A stretch of DNA of 64,000 bases from Giardia intestinalis. Lineage: Eukaryota. Of this stretch, positions 1 through 10,195 are shown one piece after another; position 1 is the first letter of the stretch, and each line of letters begins with the position of its first letter. The notes below the pieces were generated by a model, which was not told the origin of the DNA, searched no databases, and saw only the letters and a program-made list of their open reading frames with translations. The stretch lies in the NCBI GenBank assembly GCA_000002435.2, contig CM018793.1, one strand, 5' to 3'. Both the position numbers and the translations under genes were made by a program.

Positions 1-3000
1 GCTCTAACCTTTTCAGAAAACTGATGGAAAAATATCGGTTGCCGAGAGAAGAACACCGCATAGTGATAAACGGCTCTCTTGATACTCACCTTAAGTTGGG
101 TAAACGGAATGGTGGAGAGCTCATCTTCCGTATAATAGTGCTTATATTGAGGAAACGACGCGTTCTGCGCCTGTAGGACGAAACTAGGGACACTTGTGTA
201 CATCTTATATGTGTGAGTATGAGTTCCGTCGCTCTCAGCACATGACCTTGGATCCAGAGCACGAGGAACATTCGCCCAAAAGCGGTTTAATAATTGTTCT
301 CCATAGACACCTAGGCGCCCCTTGATCAATAGCGAAAGCTCTCCAAAGGCTATTGGCGAGAGGATGTGTCGGCCAGATACATACATATCTGAGTACTGAA
401 CAGGGTGCTCCGCGCTCATGGAGAAATTAGCTAATTCAAACGAGGTCGTCGGAAGCATCTGAAATGTGGATAGAGTTAGATTTGTAAACGAGCAGTCGTG
501 AAGCTTCTTCCTGAGAAAGTCCACAAACGAAGGGTAGCAACCCAGCACTCCGCTATAAACATCTGCATCCGCGCTACTTGACTCGTGCAGATCTCGTGTT
601 AAGGGCAGAAGAAGATCGTCAAGTCTGTGACGATAGGGCCGTGCTCGGATAAGAGGCCCAACCTTGGTTGTTTTCTTCATCGAGCTGGCTCCACCAGGCG
701 CTTGATTCTCGATGTTCACAAGAGCCGTTGTGGCAAGGGCCATATCTTCTGCAAAGATGGCGTGCTCACTTATGTAGTACTCTAGTATTACAAGAATGTG
801 CATTAGTGCTGTCTCAACTAGGACGCTGGCCGATGCGTGATTACTTAAAAATAGTGACACAGACTTCCGAAAGGAAAAGTCTATTCTAGTATAGTAGATT
901 CCGCGGGCTGCGAGAGAATGGGGATAGATGAGCATGTCTAACGAGTTCTGTATCTGGATAGAGTTTCTACTCTTATAGAAAGAAGCGTCTCCTACAAGGG
1001 AGACCCCTTCTCCAGCCAAAATGCGGAGGACATAGCTGCGGAACGAAAGGTTGTCACTAAGAAGACAGTACGGTGCCAATCGGATAAAGTTAACCATGGA
1101 GCTCAGGCGTGAGTTATGCCCGATAAAAGGGATGTTAACGTAGCAATAGATGGTGAGCTCGAGAGTGGAAAACCTATTCATCGAGAGATAGTTCGAGAAT
1201 TCAGTGAGTCCTCGGAGATACTTAAAGGTCTGCCATTTGAAATTCTTATATAGAGCCTTAGCGTCATGCTCAGCGGCACAGACTCGCAGAATAGCCATCA
1301 GGTCGGAATGTATGTACTGTACAATGGTACTCTCTACGTTTCCGTGGAATTTTGCCCGTGATAAGTGAATTGTATCGTCCTCTTTAAAGTATTCTGGCCT
1401 TTGCAGCAAGACCTCAATGGGTGGAAACGTCGCTATAGCCATGGCTGGCAGCTCTATTAGAATATTCAGAATACTCTGCTCACGCGTGGCAAAGACTGCG
1501 GCCATGTGCGAGTAGAGAAAAATGTGGTCACTGCAATAGTCCACAAGGGACATGATACACCTCCGCAGGAGTACGGGGTGTACGGGTGAAGGAAAGATGA
1601 CATTGTAGAAGAGAAGCGTCAATATGTCATAGATTAAGCTGGCTTCCATTTCAGTTATATTTATAGGAGTGCATTCATGCCGCTTTGGCACTACAGAGGA
1701 CAGAGATTGAATCGTACCGATGTAGCTGTCTCCAAAGATGCAGTGCTGAGATATGCGAAGAAGAGCCTCCAGCAATCCTCTGGCGTTCAAGACCTTGTAG
1801 TAATCAATAAAGGAGGACGTTTCAGCCGTCGTAGGTCTGAACGCGATCAGGAGACGGAACATAAAGTCCTCTGTGGCTGCCCGATTTGCGAGTGATTGCT
1901 CTGCGTGTAAGTAAAGATTAGTATATAATGCCTGTGTTAGTACACTAAGGAACGACTCTAGAGCAGCGAATCTGATTATCATGGTCATGGGGCGAATCAC
2001 AAGTTCAAGCACATAGTATCCAAGGCCATACTCGTCTTCCTTCATTATATTCTGGAGCAGGATGGTAGCTCCCGTATGGGAGGAGATGCTGCCTAGCTGA
2101 CTGCGCTCCTTCTCGCAGTAGGAGTGCAACTTGTAGAGACGCAGAAGAGAGTATGCCTTATTCAAGTAGCATGTTTCCGTTAAAAGTACAAAGAAAAGAT
2201 CCTTGATGAAAGATTCAGTGAAAATGTACTGGACGACCTTGATGCTGCTTATAGCACGTATTAGCTCCATGGTATCCAATCTCTTTGATGAGCAGGCCTC
2301 TGCGTATCGCAGCGTGACTCTGAAGAAACTGACTGGACTCAGAAACAAATTGTGAAAAAAGGTATCAATCAGCTGGGCATATTGCCAGAACAGAGTATTA
2401 GCGTGCGCAGCGGAGGACGACATCTCTGTAGCTAGAGTGAGATCCTTGAAGATCCTGGGGATGGCCTTTATGAGCTTCAAAATGAGAGTTGCGAGGGAGC
2501 TAGCAATCGCTGGGAGAAGAGTCTGCTCGAAGAAATGCACGGGCCAGAGAAGCTCGTCTATCAACTTGCCGAGGTGTACATCTGCAAAGAAGCTGCGCAG
2601 CTCGCTTGGACTAGCATCTCTGAGAAACAGAATCAAACCGGATATATAGTTTTGCAGGGTCGTCAAGGAGTACGTTACTAATGTAGCCGACTCCAGCCTC
2701 ACAGATTCTCCATCCAAGGTACGTGGGCTGGTTCGCATAAGAAGCTCTGCTGTAGGCAGGAGTTCGTGGAATGCGCATAGAATGTGAAAGCAGTTGTTCC
2801 CTGACCACGTTGTCATCTGAACGGAGAACTTCAATATGAGGAGCATTGTCTTGTTGCGCATAAAAGCCAGTAGCTCTGCATATGTAGATGTGTTCTGCCT
2901 TTGGGTAATGAACTGGGTCAAAAAGGTGTTAAGGGAAACCAAGCATGCCGTTAAGGGAAGCGCAAGCTCCTGCATCAGGTTCATGCTTAAAAGCTTAAAA

Positions 3001-4274
3001 AATGCTGGGGTAATAATTTCTAACAAATAAGCAATGACGATAATGGGAATCTCAGCGTAGTACTCTAACAGTCGAAGTAATAGAAGAAATTCGGCCACAG
3101 AGGCAAAGTCTTTGCTCTTGTTTATAGCAGTCAATAGTTTCGAACACCAGCTGTAAATAAAGAGAGCATGGTGCAACGAATATTTAGAGGTAATGCTGGT
3201 GACTATGGGGATTTCCTTCTGCAGGGTATAGAACTTTATTAAATGCAATATGTCTAAATTGGTTACGGTATCAGGGTCTGTTACAGTAAGATGGAATGCT
3301 GCGGCTGCTTTTGAGGGTGCAGAATGTCCTGCGTTTGCGGTCGTGTCCAAGGTAGCGTTGAAGTGAGATGGAATTAGTAGCTCCTTAAACACAGACAAGT
3401 TATTTATGGTGGAGAGTAACTCTCTAGAAAGTGCGGTTCTGCTGCTCAATAGGTGGGAGTGTTCAAAATTAATATTAATATATCTTTCCGAAAAGGGCTG
3501 AGTAGGCGAGAGAATACAAAACATGACTTCCGAAACTAACACAAAGAAGTGTACGCCAGCACTGTGAAGCGTAGATAGGTCTGTTCCGACTAAATACGAC
3601 AAAATAGGGGTCAGAAGCGATGTAAACCAATTCAAATGGCTGGAGTTACGTAACAGGATGAAGACTATGGGCTTGAGAAAGTCTATGAAGCATAGAGATA
3701 CTCCCTTGAAGAAGTCAATAGACTCGTCCGTCGGCAGCCCTGCTGCTGCAGAGATCTGGTTAAAGAAGCGCTTGTACAAACGGCACATGGCTTTGACGCA
3801 ATCAGCATTCTGGAAGATACGGCCCAACTGGTTCTGTGCTGCAGGCTGAGCTGTGCAATCTGCTCGCGAAAGTTTGTCGTGTCTGAGGCTCTTGGCTACT
3901 TGTGCTGTGCTGTACTTTTTGCAATGCCTTCCAACTGAGTGAGGCGTATCAGAGGCGGCTCCAGGACTGGGCAACCAGCCCTTACGGAAAGTGGCGGGCA
4001 CATGAGGAGCTCGCGTTAATATTTGGCCCAAGAGATACGTATCCGTGGAAACCAAGAGATCCAGTACAAGACTCACTTTTGCGATGGCGGCAGGACCCCA
4101 ACCAAGCGCTTCACGGCATATATAAAGAAAGTTGGCCATGTCGCGCCTCGTGAGAAAGGTAGCCGATGCGTTTAGCTCCACATACAGGAGCTCTAAGATT
4201 TCCAAGACATCTGGCAGGCTCTTCTTGGTCCCAATGAGTGTCTGCAGACGCCTGCGAAGGTGTTGAAGCTGCAT
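1..4274 (-). CDS. Large hypothetical protein, partial; its 3' end lies beyond the left window edge.
   Basis: The minus-strand ATG is 'cat' at 4272-4274 on the plus strand. I hand-translated about 145 codons downstream without meeting a stop (MQLQHLRRRLQTLIGTKKSLPDVLEILELLYVELNASATFLTRRDMANFLYICREALGWGPAAIAK...). The ORF track lists no complete minus-strand ORF starting here. That is what happens if the frame stays open past position 1, because an in-window stop would have produced a listed ORF. Only short out-of-frame ORFs are listed across 1-4300. I recognise no domain. Confidence 0.55.
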   Translation of the reverse strand, partial: MQLQHLRRRLQTLIGTKKSLPDVLEILELLYVELNASATFLTRRDMANFLYICREALGWGPAAIAKVSLVLDLLVSTDTYLLGQILTRAPHVPATFRKGWLPSPGAASDTPHSVGRHCKKYSTAQVAKSLRHDKLSRADCTAQPAAQNQLGRIFQNADCVKAMCRLYKRFFNQISAAAGLPTDESIDFFKGVSLCFIDFLKPIVFILLRNSSHLNWFTSLLTPILSYLVGTDLSTLHSAGVHFFVLVSEVMFCILSPTQPFSERYININFEHSHLLSSRTALSRELLSTINNLSVFKELLIPSHFNATLDTTANAGHSAPSKAAAAFHLTVTDPDTVTNLDILHLIKFYTLQKEIPIVTSITSKYSLHHALFIYSWCSKLLTAINKSKDFASVAEFLLLLRLLEYYAEIPIIVIAYLLEIITPAFFKLLSMNLMQELALPLTACLVSLNTFLTQFITQRQNTSTYAELLAFMRNKTMLLILKFSVQMTTWSGNNCFHILCAFHELLPTAELLMRTSPRTLDGESVRLESATLVTYSLTTLQNYISGLILFLRDASPSELRSFFADVHLGKLIDELLWPVHFFEQTLLPAIASSLATLILKLIKAIPRIFKDLTLATEMSSSAAHANTLFWQYAQLIDTFFHNLFLSPVSFFRVTLRYAEACSSKRLDTMELIRAISSIKVVQYIFTESFIKDLFFVLLTETCYLNKAYSLLRLYKLHSYCEKERSQLGSISSHTGATILLQNIMKEDEYGLGYYVLELVIRPMTMIIRFAALESFLSVLTQALYTNLYLHAEQSLANRAATEDFMFRLLIAFRPTTAETSSFIDYYKVLNARGLLEALLRISQHCIFGDSYIGTIQSLSSVVPKRHECTPINITEMEASLIYDILTLLFYNVIFPSPVHPVLLRRCIMSLVDYCSDHIFLYSHMAAVFATREQSILNILIELPAMAIATFPPIEVLLQRPEYFKEDDTIHLSRAKFHGNVESTIVQYIHSDLMAILRVCAAEHDAKALYKNFKWQTFKYLRGLTEFSNYLSMNRFSTLELTIYCYVNIPFIGHNSRLSSMVNFIRLAPYCLLSDNLSFRSYVLRILAGEGVSLVGDASFYKSRNSIQIQNSLDMLIYPHSLAARGIYYTRIDFSFRKSVSLFLSNHASASVLVETALMHILVILEYYISEHAIFAEDMALATTALVNIENQAPGGASSMKKTTKVGPLIRARPYRHRLDDLLLPLTRDLHESSSADADVYSGVLGCYPSFVDFLRKKLHDCSFTNLTLSTFQMLPTTSFELANFSMSAEHPVQYSDMYVSGRHILSPIAFGELSLLIKGRLGVYGEQLLNRFWANVPRALDPRSCAESDGTHTHTYKMYTSVPSFVLQAQNASFPQYKHYYTEDELSTIPFTQLKVSIKRAVYHYAVFFSRQPIFFHQFSEKVR

Positions 4275-4351
4275 TACGGAGAGAGCGAACCTGCGCCTTT
4301 ACAAGAGAAATGAAATGTAAATGATTTATTTGGACCGACCGACCTCACGGT

Positions 4352-5749
4352 TTACTTAGCGGGCTTGACGCTAACTATATACCCTATTGCAACAGTATCG
4401 CTCTCATGACGGAGAATGATACGCCCCAGAGCCTCGTGTCCGGCGTAGCTCTGGACACACACCGGCTTCTGAGTTATAATTTCGCAAATGATTCTAGCCT
4501 TGGAAAGAACGTGTGTAGGCCTACGTACCTTGAGAGGCTCAGTGGACACTATGTACTCGGGCTTCACCTTCCCTGTCTTGAGATCAAGGTCAGCCAAAAT
4601 GGCACGAATCTGGCAGCCCACCTGCTGGAGATTAATGTGTGCAACACAAGAGTAGCCGCTTGTAATGACAAGGTTCTCTGCTGTGGACACTATCAGCAGA
4701 TTGGCCTGAAATCTGTTTGTAACAGATACCGATGGTGATTGGCCGGGAGACGGCTGGGCGCAAATCACCGATCCCTCCGTCAAAAATTCCCATATGTCAT
4801 CCTTCACCTTAATACGCACATTGTCTCCTGCCTTGGCTTGTACAAGCTTGCTCCCCTCTTCTTGTTCGCCCTCAATGTCCAAAATGTCGAAGGCCTTATT
4901 TTCGGGGAGGCAAAGAACGGTATCTCCAATGCTCATTTTCCCCTGCTCAACCTTAACCACAATGAATGCACTGTTCTCCTTATAGTGACCACTGACACAG
5001 GCGCAGAGAGGAGACTTTGTATCACGTTTAGGGACCTTCAGCTCGTCCAGGAGGTCCAGGAATGATGGTCCTGAGTACCACTCAGACAGTTTGGGGTTCA
5101 GCTCCTTGGTTGATATCAGATTCTCGCCCGTGAAGCCCGAGATGGGTAGAAAGAAGATATTCTTGGAAGCGTACCCCACATTCTCGAGGTAGAGCTTCAG
5201 TTGGGAGACGATCGAGTCGTATCTCTTCTTGCAGTACTCCACCGTGATATCGTCCATCTTGTTAATGAGGCAGACAATCTGCTTGATGCCATTAACATAT
5301 GCCAGCAGCGCGTGTTCAGATGTCTGCCCGCCCCGCTCGAAACCACTCTCAAACTCCCCCTTGCGGGCGCTGATCACTAAAATAGCCGTGTCTGCTTGTG
5401 CTGCCCCGGAGATCATGTTGTGAACAAATCCTTTATGGCCTGGCGCGTCTATTATGGTAATTCTACGGCCGTTCGGGGTTAGAAATGATTCCCTGGCGCA
5501 TTCAACAGTCTTACCTTTTTCTCGCTCCTCCTCTGACGTGTCCATCGCGAACGCATACTTCCATGACTCACGGTTGAGGGCCTTGGCCTGCTGCTCCAAT
5601 TTCTCGAGCTGTCTCTTGTCCAGCTTTCCCAAATCTGAGACGAGGTGGCCGCTTATTGTAGACTTCCCCGCGTCAACGTGTCCAATGAATACAATGTTCA
5701 GGTTCTTGCGCTTCTCCTCCTCAACTTGCACCACCTCCTGAGACGACAT
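4352..5749 (-). CDS. EF-1alpha-family translational GTPase, eRF3/HBS1-like.
   Basis: G-domain motifs are present: NIVFIGHVDAGKST (G1), DAPGHKGFVHNMISGAAQAD (G3 region) and NKMD (G4). The beta-barrel domains II/III follow, ending in a C-terminus of EF1A/eRF3 type. The N-terminal extension is about 20 aa. The track ORF 4352..5812 begins at an alternative GTG; the first in-frame ATG is at 5749. Confidence 0.8.
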   Translation of the reverse strand: MSSQEVVQVEEEKRKNLNIVFIGHVDAGKSTISGHLVSDLGKLDKRQLEKLEQQAKALNRESWKYAFAMDTSEEEREKGKTVECARESFLTPNGRRITIIDAPGHKGFVHNMISGAAQADTAILVISARKGEFESGFERGGQTSEHALLAYVNGIKQIVCLINKMDDITVEYCKKRYDSIVSQLKLYLENVGYASKNIFFLPISGFTGENLISTKELNPKLSEWYSGPSFLDLLDELKVPKRDTKSPLCACVSGHYKENSAFIVVKVEQGKMSIGDTVLCLPENKAFDILDIEGEQEEGSKLVQAKAGDNVRIKVKDDIWEFLTEGSVICAQPSPGQSPSVSVTNRFQANLLIVSTAENLVITSGYSCVAHINLQQVGCQIRAILADLDLKTGKVKPEYIVSTEPLKVRRPTHVLSKARIICEIITQKPVCVQSYAGHEALGRIILRHESDTVAIGYIVSVKPAK

Positions 5750-5815
5750 TGATTTTTTATTTGCGATTTCTTGTGCCTCCTTGAGATGAAAAAGGCGGGC
5801 CAAGGACGACACACA

Positions 5816-6700
5816 CTAGGTATAAGGCCCATGTATCATCGTCTGCGAGTGTTGATAATGGTTAACACTCTGGGGAACCACTGTGGGATCATGAGTCTGC
5901 GTATTTTGGCTATAGATGGTTTGTTGAGGCTGATCGCTAGGCGATACCGCATTTTGAGATTGAAAAACAGTGGAGGGTTGATATGCTGGTTGCACAGCGA
6001 GGGCTGCAATGGCATCCTTGGGCTGCTGTATGAGGGCAGATTCCTGACACGCTTCCTGATAGAGAACAGCCTCCACCTTCATGTTATATGGAAGTTCTAG
6101 AGCGGAAAACAGATTGACCTGTGCAGTGGCTACGTCACGGGTAACTTCAGTACTCACACCAGCAGTCTCGGATGACCAGATGTTTAAGGCGGTTGTCGAC
6201 AAAATCAGCTGCGCGTGCTTCATGGTCTGGAAAAGGTCTGCCCACTGCACATATCGCCGTGCATCGAACCGTGCGCACATCCCTACTAGCTGCCTGTTTG
6301 AGTCCAGGTAGGCTTGCATTGCATCGGACTGCATCCCCACCTGTCCTTTCTTGGTAAGAAGCCGATGGGATCTCTGTGCTGTATTGATGGCGTTGTTTAT
6401 TGCATCTACGGTTGGGCTTATGTCGCTCAAAGCTCCGGCAAGAGCAGCGTACCTGTCAAAGGCTTGCGCCATGATTTCCAGCAACTGGCTTTGACGTTGG
6501 GCTATGGTCTCAATAACCACACGAACTGGCGCAGTCTCTAGAGCAGCTAACCTCTGCATAAAGTCCAGGGACTGCACTGCTATTCCACTAAACCTGCTCC
6601 ACGCCCCATAAATGGCAGCAAAGCATCCTGCACACTGGGCAGTCCCCTCTTTCAGGTTCTTGTAGAATCCCTTTATGCTTGCATATGAATTGAATGCCAT
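5816..6700 (-). CDS. Hypothetical protein with a Q/S/T-rich C-terminus.
   Basis: A 300-aa ORF in the track, 5816..6718, with an alternative TTG start. The first ATG is at 6700 (MAFNSYASIKG...). It fills the gap between neighbouring genes with about 50-nt spacers. I see no recognisable domain. Confidence 0.5.
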   Translation of the reverse strand: MAFNSYASIKGFYKNLKEGTAQCAGCFAAIYGAWSRFSGIAVQSLDFMQRLAALETAPVRVVIETIAQRQSQLLEIMAQAFDRYAALAGALSDISPTVDAINNAINTAQRSHRLLTKKGQVGMQSDAMQAYLDSNRQLVGMCARFDARRYVQWADLFQTMKHAQLILSTTALNIWSSETAGVSTEVTRDVATAQVNLFSALELPYNMKVEAVLYQEACQESALIQQPKDAIAALAVQPAYQPSTVFQSQNAVSPSDQPQQTIYSQNTQTHDPTVVPQSVNHYQHSQTMIHGPYT

Positions 6701-6749
6701 CCCCCAATTTTGAAACAACGCTGAAATTTTTGATTATGGGCCGCTTTTG

Positions 6750-9700
6750 CTACTGCCAAAGCGCACTGTGCAGCTCACTAAGAGCTTTGCTCTTCTCCAC
6801 CTGCGCCAAAATTTTAGCTCTGGCCATGATTGCTATGTATAATGCCTCAGCAGTAGAAATACTAAATGTGGCCTTGAGGTGCTCCACAACTCCCCCGAAC
6901 TCCTTGGATTTCAATATTTCTTTTTCCAACTGCTTAATGTACACATCCAATACCTCCGCAGAGCTCATAGTTTCGTTGGGTTCGTATAGCTTAGCAGTTA
7001 TTGCGAGATATGCTTGTAAACAAATTTCTGGAGGGCGGTTAAGTTGCTTAGAAACGTAATCAAACACGCCGAAGAACCCCCTATTTTCTGCTACGACGCG
7101 CCTGACAGTATTGAGAAGCACGAATTGCTCTATGGTTGTCCACTTACTCAAAATGGATGAGCCGTCTTTTTCCTTTCGTGCCCGCTCACTCTCCTTTGAG
7201 GTGTCGATTTTACAGTAGTTGACAGCCGTCTTCTCGCCTCTGACTGCCAATATTTTCTTAAAGCACGGCTCACAAACAAATCGACCGTGAGGATAGTGCC
7301 TGGACACACTGAGATTGTAGTGCTCTGTTTGAGTGTAGTTCTTGCATTCCCCGCAATAGAGGTGCACAAATTTGTTATAATTGCGAAAGATGGACTCCCT
7401 TCCTATGAGAAGTTGAAGGGGATCTTCGAAGGTTCTCCCCAGCGGTGGAACAGTCGACATGACAACCATGGACGGCTCGTTAATGATACGCCTTCTTTCC
7501 AGATACTCGTGTATGCACCAAATGTAGGTGTAATCTTGCTGAATCACGGACTTGCATGCATCAAGAGTCAGGTAGATGTGCGGTCTACACCTCCAAGCGG
7601 CAATGATGATGTTCCGTGTAGTTATGTAGGACTGCCAATCAAAGCCAGGGATCTGTGCAAAGTGTGCCTGCTCCCTTGGCGAAATAGAGTTGCGATTGCC
7701 TTTTGGCTCATTGTGCTGAGGGTCAAAGTAAAGGCAAGCGTGCTGTGCTATCGGAGAGTGGTGAGGGTCGAATAACAAAGTATTATGAATTGTGTCCATG
7801 ACGGTATTCAGGGGGATTCGTGTCAAGTTATCCTGCTCATCCACACGCGACTTAGTGTTCGCTTGCACGTTGGATGCGCTCTGCTTAGGGCGCGCGCTTG
7901 CAGCTGGCTGGTTATCTAAAAGAAAGTCGAAGTTGTGGAAAGACTGAGTGTGCGTAGACATTTGGTTACTATTCCTACTTTTCAAAAGTTTGAGGGTCTC
8001 GTTCAAATGAGTACTATAGGAATTTGTGAGCTTCATACTATGGTATAGCAGGCTGATGTTCGTAGAGAATAGAGGATCAACTCTTCTGTGCCATATAATG
8101 GGGATAGGATGTCCTCGCATGCTTGCACACAACTCCTGAATATTTATCGTCACTGTACTTCGCTTATTCTGATTATATTTTACATATATGTTCAGCAGAC
8201 TCGAGCCAGAGTCTCCATATTCCAAGAATCTCCGCATTTTGGCCGTCAACATCAACGTCTGGACATTAAAATCCTCGCGTCTAGGCCTCCCCACCATCCG
8301 TGACTTTAGCATGTCTGAAAAGAGTGGTGTGGGGTTTTCGCAGACAGGTATTCCTGCCAGCAGAAGCCCAAACTCTCTAAGTGCGTCCGGGCTACTATAT
8401 CGCTGCGTGGAGTACTCTACCTTTGAGGCATTCGGTATCAGAACGATCGTGTTTCCATGAACAACAACACTCCCTATGACCATTTCAAAACCCCGCAGAA
8501 TCGTAGGTTGGCCGTGCACCGTCAGGTGACTGCCTCTATACTGTGCGTGATGTAAGGTTGGTCCTCTGCCTATGGTGGGGACGGGATGCTTAGACTGATT
8601 GGCAGCAGCCACTAGATATGACTGGCCAGGTGTCTGGTGAGGTTGTTGCTGATGCACCCCGGCAGAAAGTGTCACGTGTCCAGCACTTTGTCGCTGCATT
8701 TGCTGCATGGAAGGAGTGGCTCCAGAAGGAGTAAGGGCAATCTGATTAATCTTTTGCAGCAACGCTTCAATATTCTGTGCAAGGGTAACCGTGTTTTGTG
8801 GACCTGACCGTTCAACTTGGAGTCCAGAGGATTGATGCTGAAAAGGTGGGGCATTCATAGACAGGCTCGGGTCTGCAGGGACTGTAGAGACTGGCTTAGT
8901 TGTTGTTAAGCGCTGAGCACGCTTTGATGCCGAGCGTTCCGTGATTCCCAATTGGTCTGCTGCCAAGCCAAGTTGAGTCATGCTTATCTTTGCTTCCTGG
9001 ACGCTATTAACATAGTCATACGGGTCCATCCACTCATTAAAGAAGATGGAGTCTGTTACATACTGGGGAGGTACAAGTATAGGTCCCTTGCGCTCATCAC
9101 TGATATAAAGTCCGACCGTCTGCTGCTCCATCGTGATTTTTGGTCGAAGAAAAGCACTCGGTGGGTACTCATCAATAATCAGAGAGGCAGCCGCTGACGC
9201 GCCAATCTGCTTGCTCCGGATTGCTTGGAGATCCCGAGAGCGCATTATAAAATCATAATCATGGGGTGTACACCGCACATGTACAAGCGTGTCGCCCTGC
9301 TTTTTGTTGCCCTCAGGAGGCTCCACCATCCGTAAGAAGAAGTTGTTAGTTGTCGGGATAGAGAGTAAGTCAATGACCGGAGAATCTCCCTTATCAACCA
9401 CAAACGCTAGGCTGGTAGAGGAGATTGGCTCATTCGATAGTTGTGATGATAAAATTTTTCTCTTGTAAGTCAGGAACTCAGACGGGATGGATGGACAGAA
9501 GACATTCTTGGGTTGAAGGCGAATGGAGCAGGTAGAATCTTCAGGAATATAGATAACTTCTCCGCGCAATGCAATAATAGATTCTGTCAGATCCTTCTTT
9601 AGGCCATTTAGATCTTCTGATAGATGGATTTTGGGGACATCCAATACTCCACGTTCTAATAGGAGATCATAGACTCTCAGATAAAGCTCCTTAAAGTCCT

Positions 9701-10043
9701 CATATGTTAACCCTATTAGCGAGACAGTGGTATTGCCCCTTTCTAGACAGTATCGATATATAGTTGCAATAATGATATAGAGAGCCCCATCGGCGGCTAC
9801 GTCAAAGAACAGGTAACGAGGAAACTTAGGAGCAAAGCGCGTCGACTCGGGGGAGTAAAAGCTAAGGAAGCGCTCCATCATAGAGCTAAAGTAATATACT
9901 AACTCCACAATCCGCGTAACGGATAACAGGCCGGCAGCCTCAACCAGCTCTTTACGGAGCGCACGGAGGAGATTGCCAAGCGTGCCTTTTAAGTATCCAT
10001 TCCAGTCGTCTAGCTTAAGAGCAGTTAATAGTCTAAAGCTCAT
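6750..10043 (-). CDS. Large hypothetical protein with a C-terminal CxxC...CxxC zinc-ribbon-like motif.
   Basis: A 1115-aa ORF, 6750..10097, with an alternative TTG start. The first ATG is at 10043 (MSFRLLTALKLDDW...). The motif CGECKNYTQTEHYNLSVSRHYPHGRFVCEPC lies near the C-terminus. I could not assign a family. Confidence 0.6.
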   Translation of the reverse strand: MSFRLLTALKLDDWNGYLKGTLGNLLRALRKELVEAAGLLSVTRIVELVYYFSSMMERFLSFYSPESTRFAPKFPRYLFFDVAADGALYIIIATIYRYCLERGNTTVSLIGLTYEDFKELYLRVYDLLLERGVLDVPKIHLSEDLNGLKKDLTESIIALRGEVIYIPEDSTCSIRLQPKNVFCPSIPSEFLTYKRKILSSQLSNEPISSTSLAFVVDKGDSPVIDLLSIPTTNNFFLRMVEPPEGNKKQGDTLVHVRCTPHDYDFIMRSRDLQAIRSKQIGASAAASLIIDEYPPSAFLRPKITMEQQTVGLYISDERKGPILVPPQYVTDSIFFNEWMDPYDYVNSVQEAKISMTQLGLAADQLGITERSASKRAQRLTTTKPVSTVPADPSLSMNAPPFQHQSSGLQVERSGPQNTVTLAQNIEALLQKINQIALTPSGATPSMQQMQRQSAGHVTLSAGVHQQQPHQTPGQSYLVAAANQSKHPVPTIGRGPTLHHAQYRGSHLTVHGQPTILRGFEMVIGSVVVHGNTIVLIPNASKVEYSTQRYSSPDALREFGLLLAGIPVCENPTPLFSDMLKSRMVGRPRREDFNVQTLMLTAKMRRFLEYGDSGSSLLNIYVKYNQNKRSTVTINIQELCASMRGHPIPIIWHRRVDPLFSTNISLLYHSMKLTNSYSTHLNETLKLLKSRNSNQMSTHTQSFHNFDFLLDNQPAASARPKQSASNVQANTKSRVDEQDNLTRIPLNTVMDTIHNTLLFDPHHSPIAQHACLYFDPQHNEPKGNRNSISPREQAHFAQIPGFDWQSYITTRNIIIAAWRCRPHIYLTLDACKSVIQQDYTYIWCIHEYLERRRIINEPSMVVMSTVPPLGRTFEDPLQLLIGRESIFRNYNKFVHLYCGECKNYTQTEHYNLSVSRHYPHGRFVCEPCFKKILAVRGEKTAVNYCKIDTSKESERARKEKDGSSILSKWTTIEQFVLLNTVRRVVAENRGFFGVFDYVSKQLNRPPEICLQAYLAITAKLYEPNETMSSAEVLDVYIKQLEKEILKSKEFGGVVEHLKATFSISTAEALYIAIMARAKILAQVEKSKALSELHSALWQ

Positions 10044-10195
10044 TTTTTGAAAGCTACTCAGCAGTGTGAAAGGAGTCAAAAGCAAAAAGGGTGACAACAG
10101 GCAGTGAAGTTGCCAATGCAGAACACGGTAGAACAGAGCGCAGTCATGATTCCTGCCTTCTAGCTTTGTTGGGAGAACAGAATTTAAAAATTAAA

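Noticed and set aside
7287-7775. Embedded ORFs inside large genes, e.g. 7287-7775 (+), 13291-13959 (-), 17985-18503 (+) and 50928-51479 (+).
   Set aside because: They lie entirely within and antisense or out-of-frame to long ORFs that have clear domain content. No independent support.
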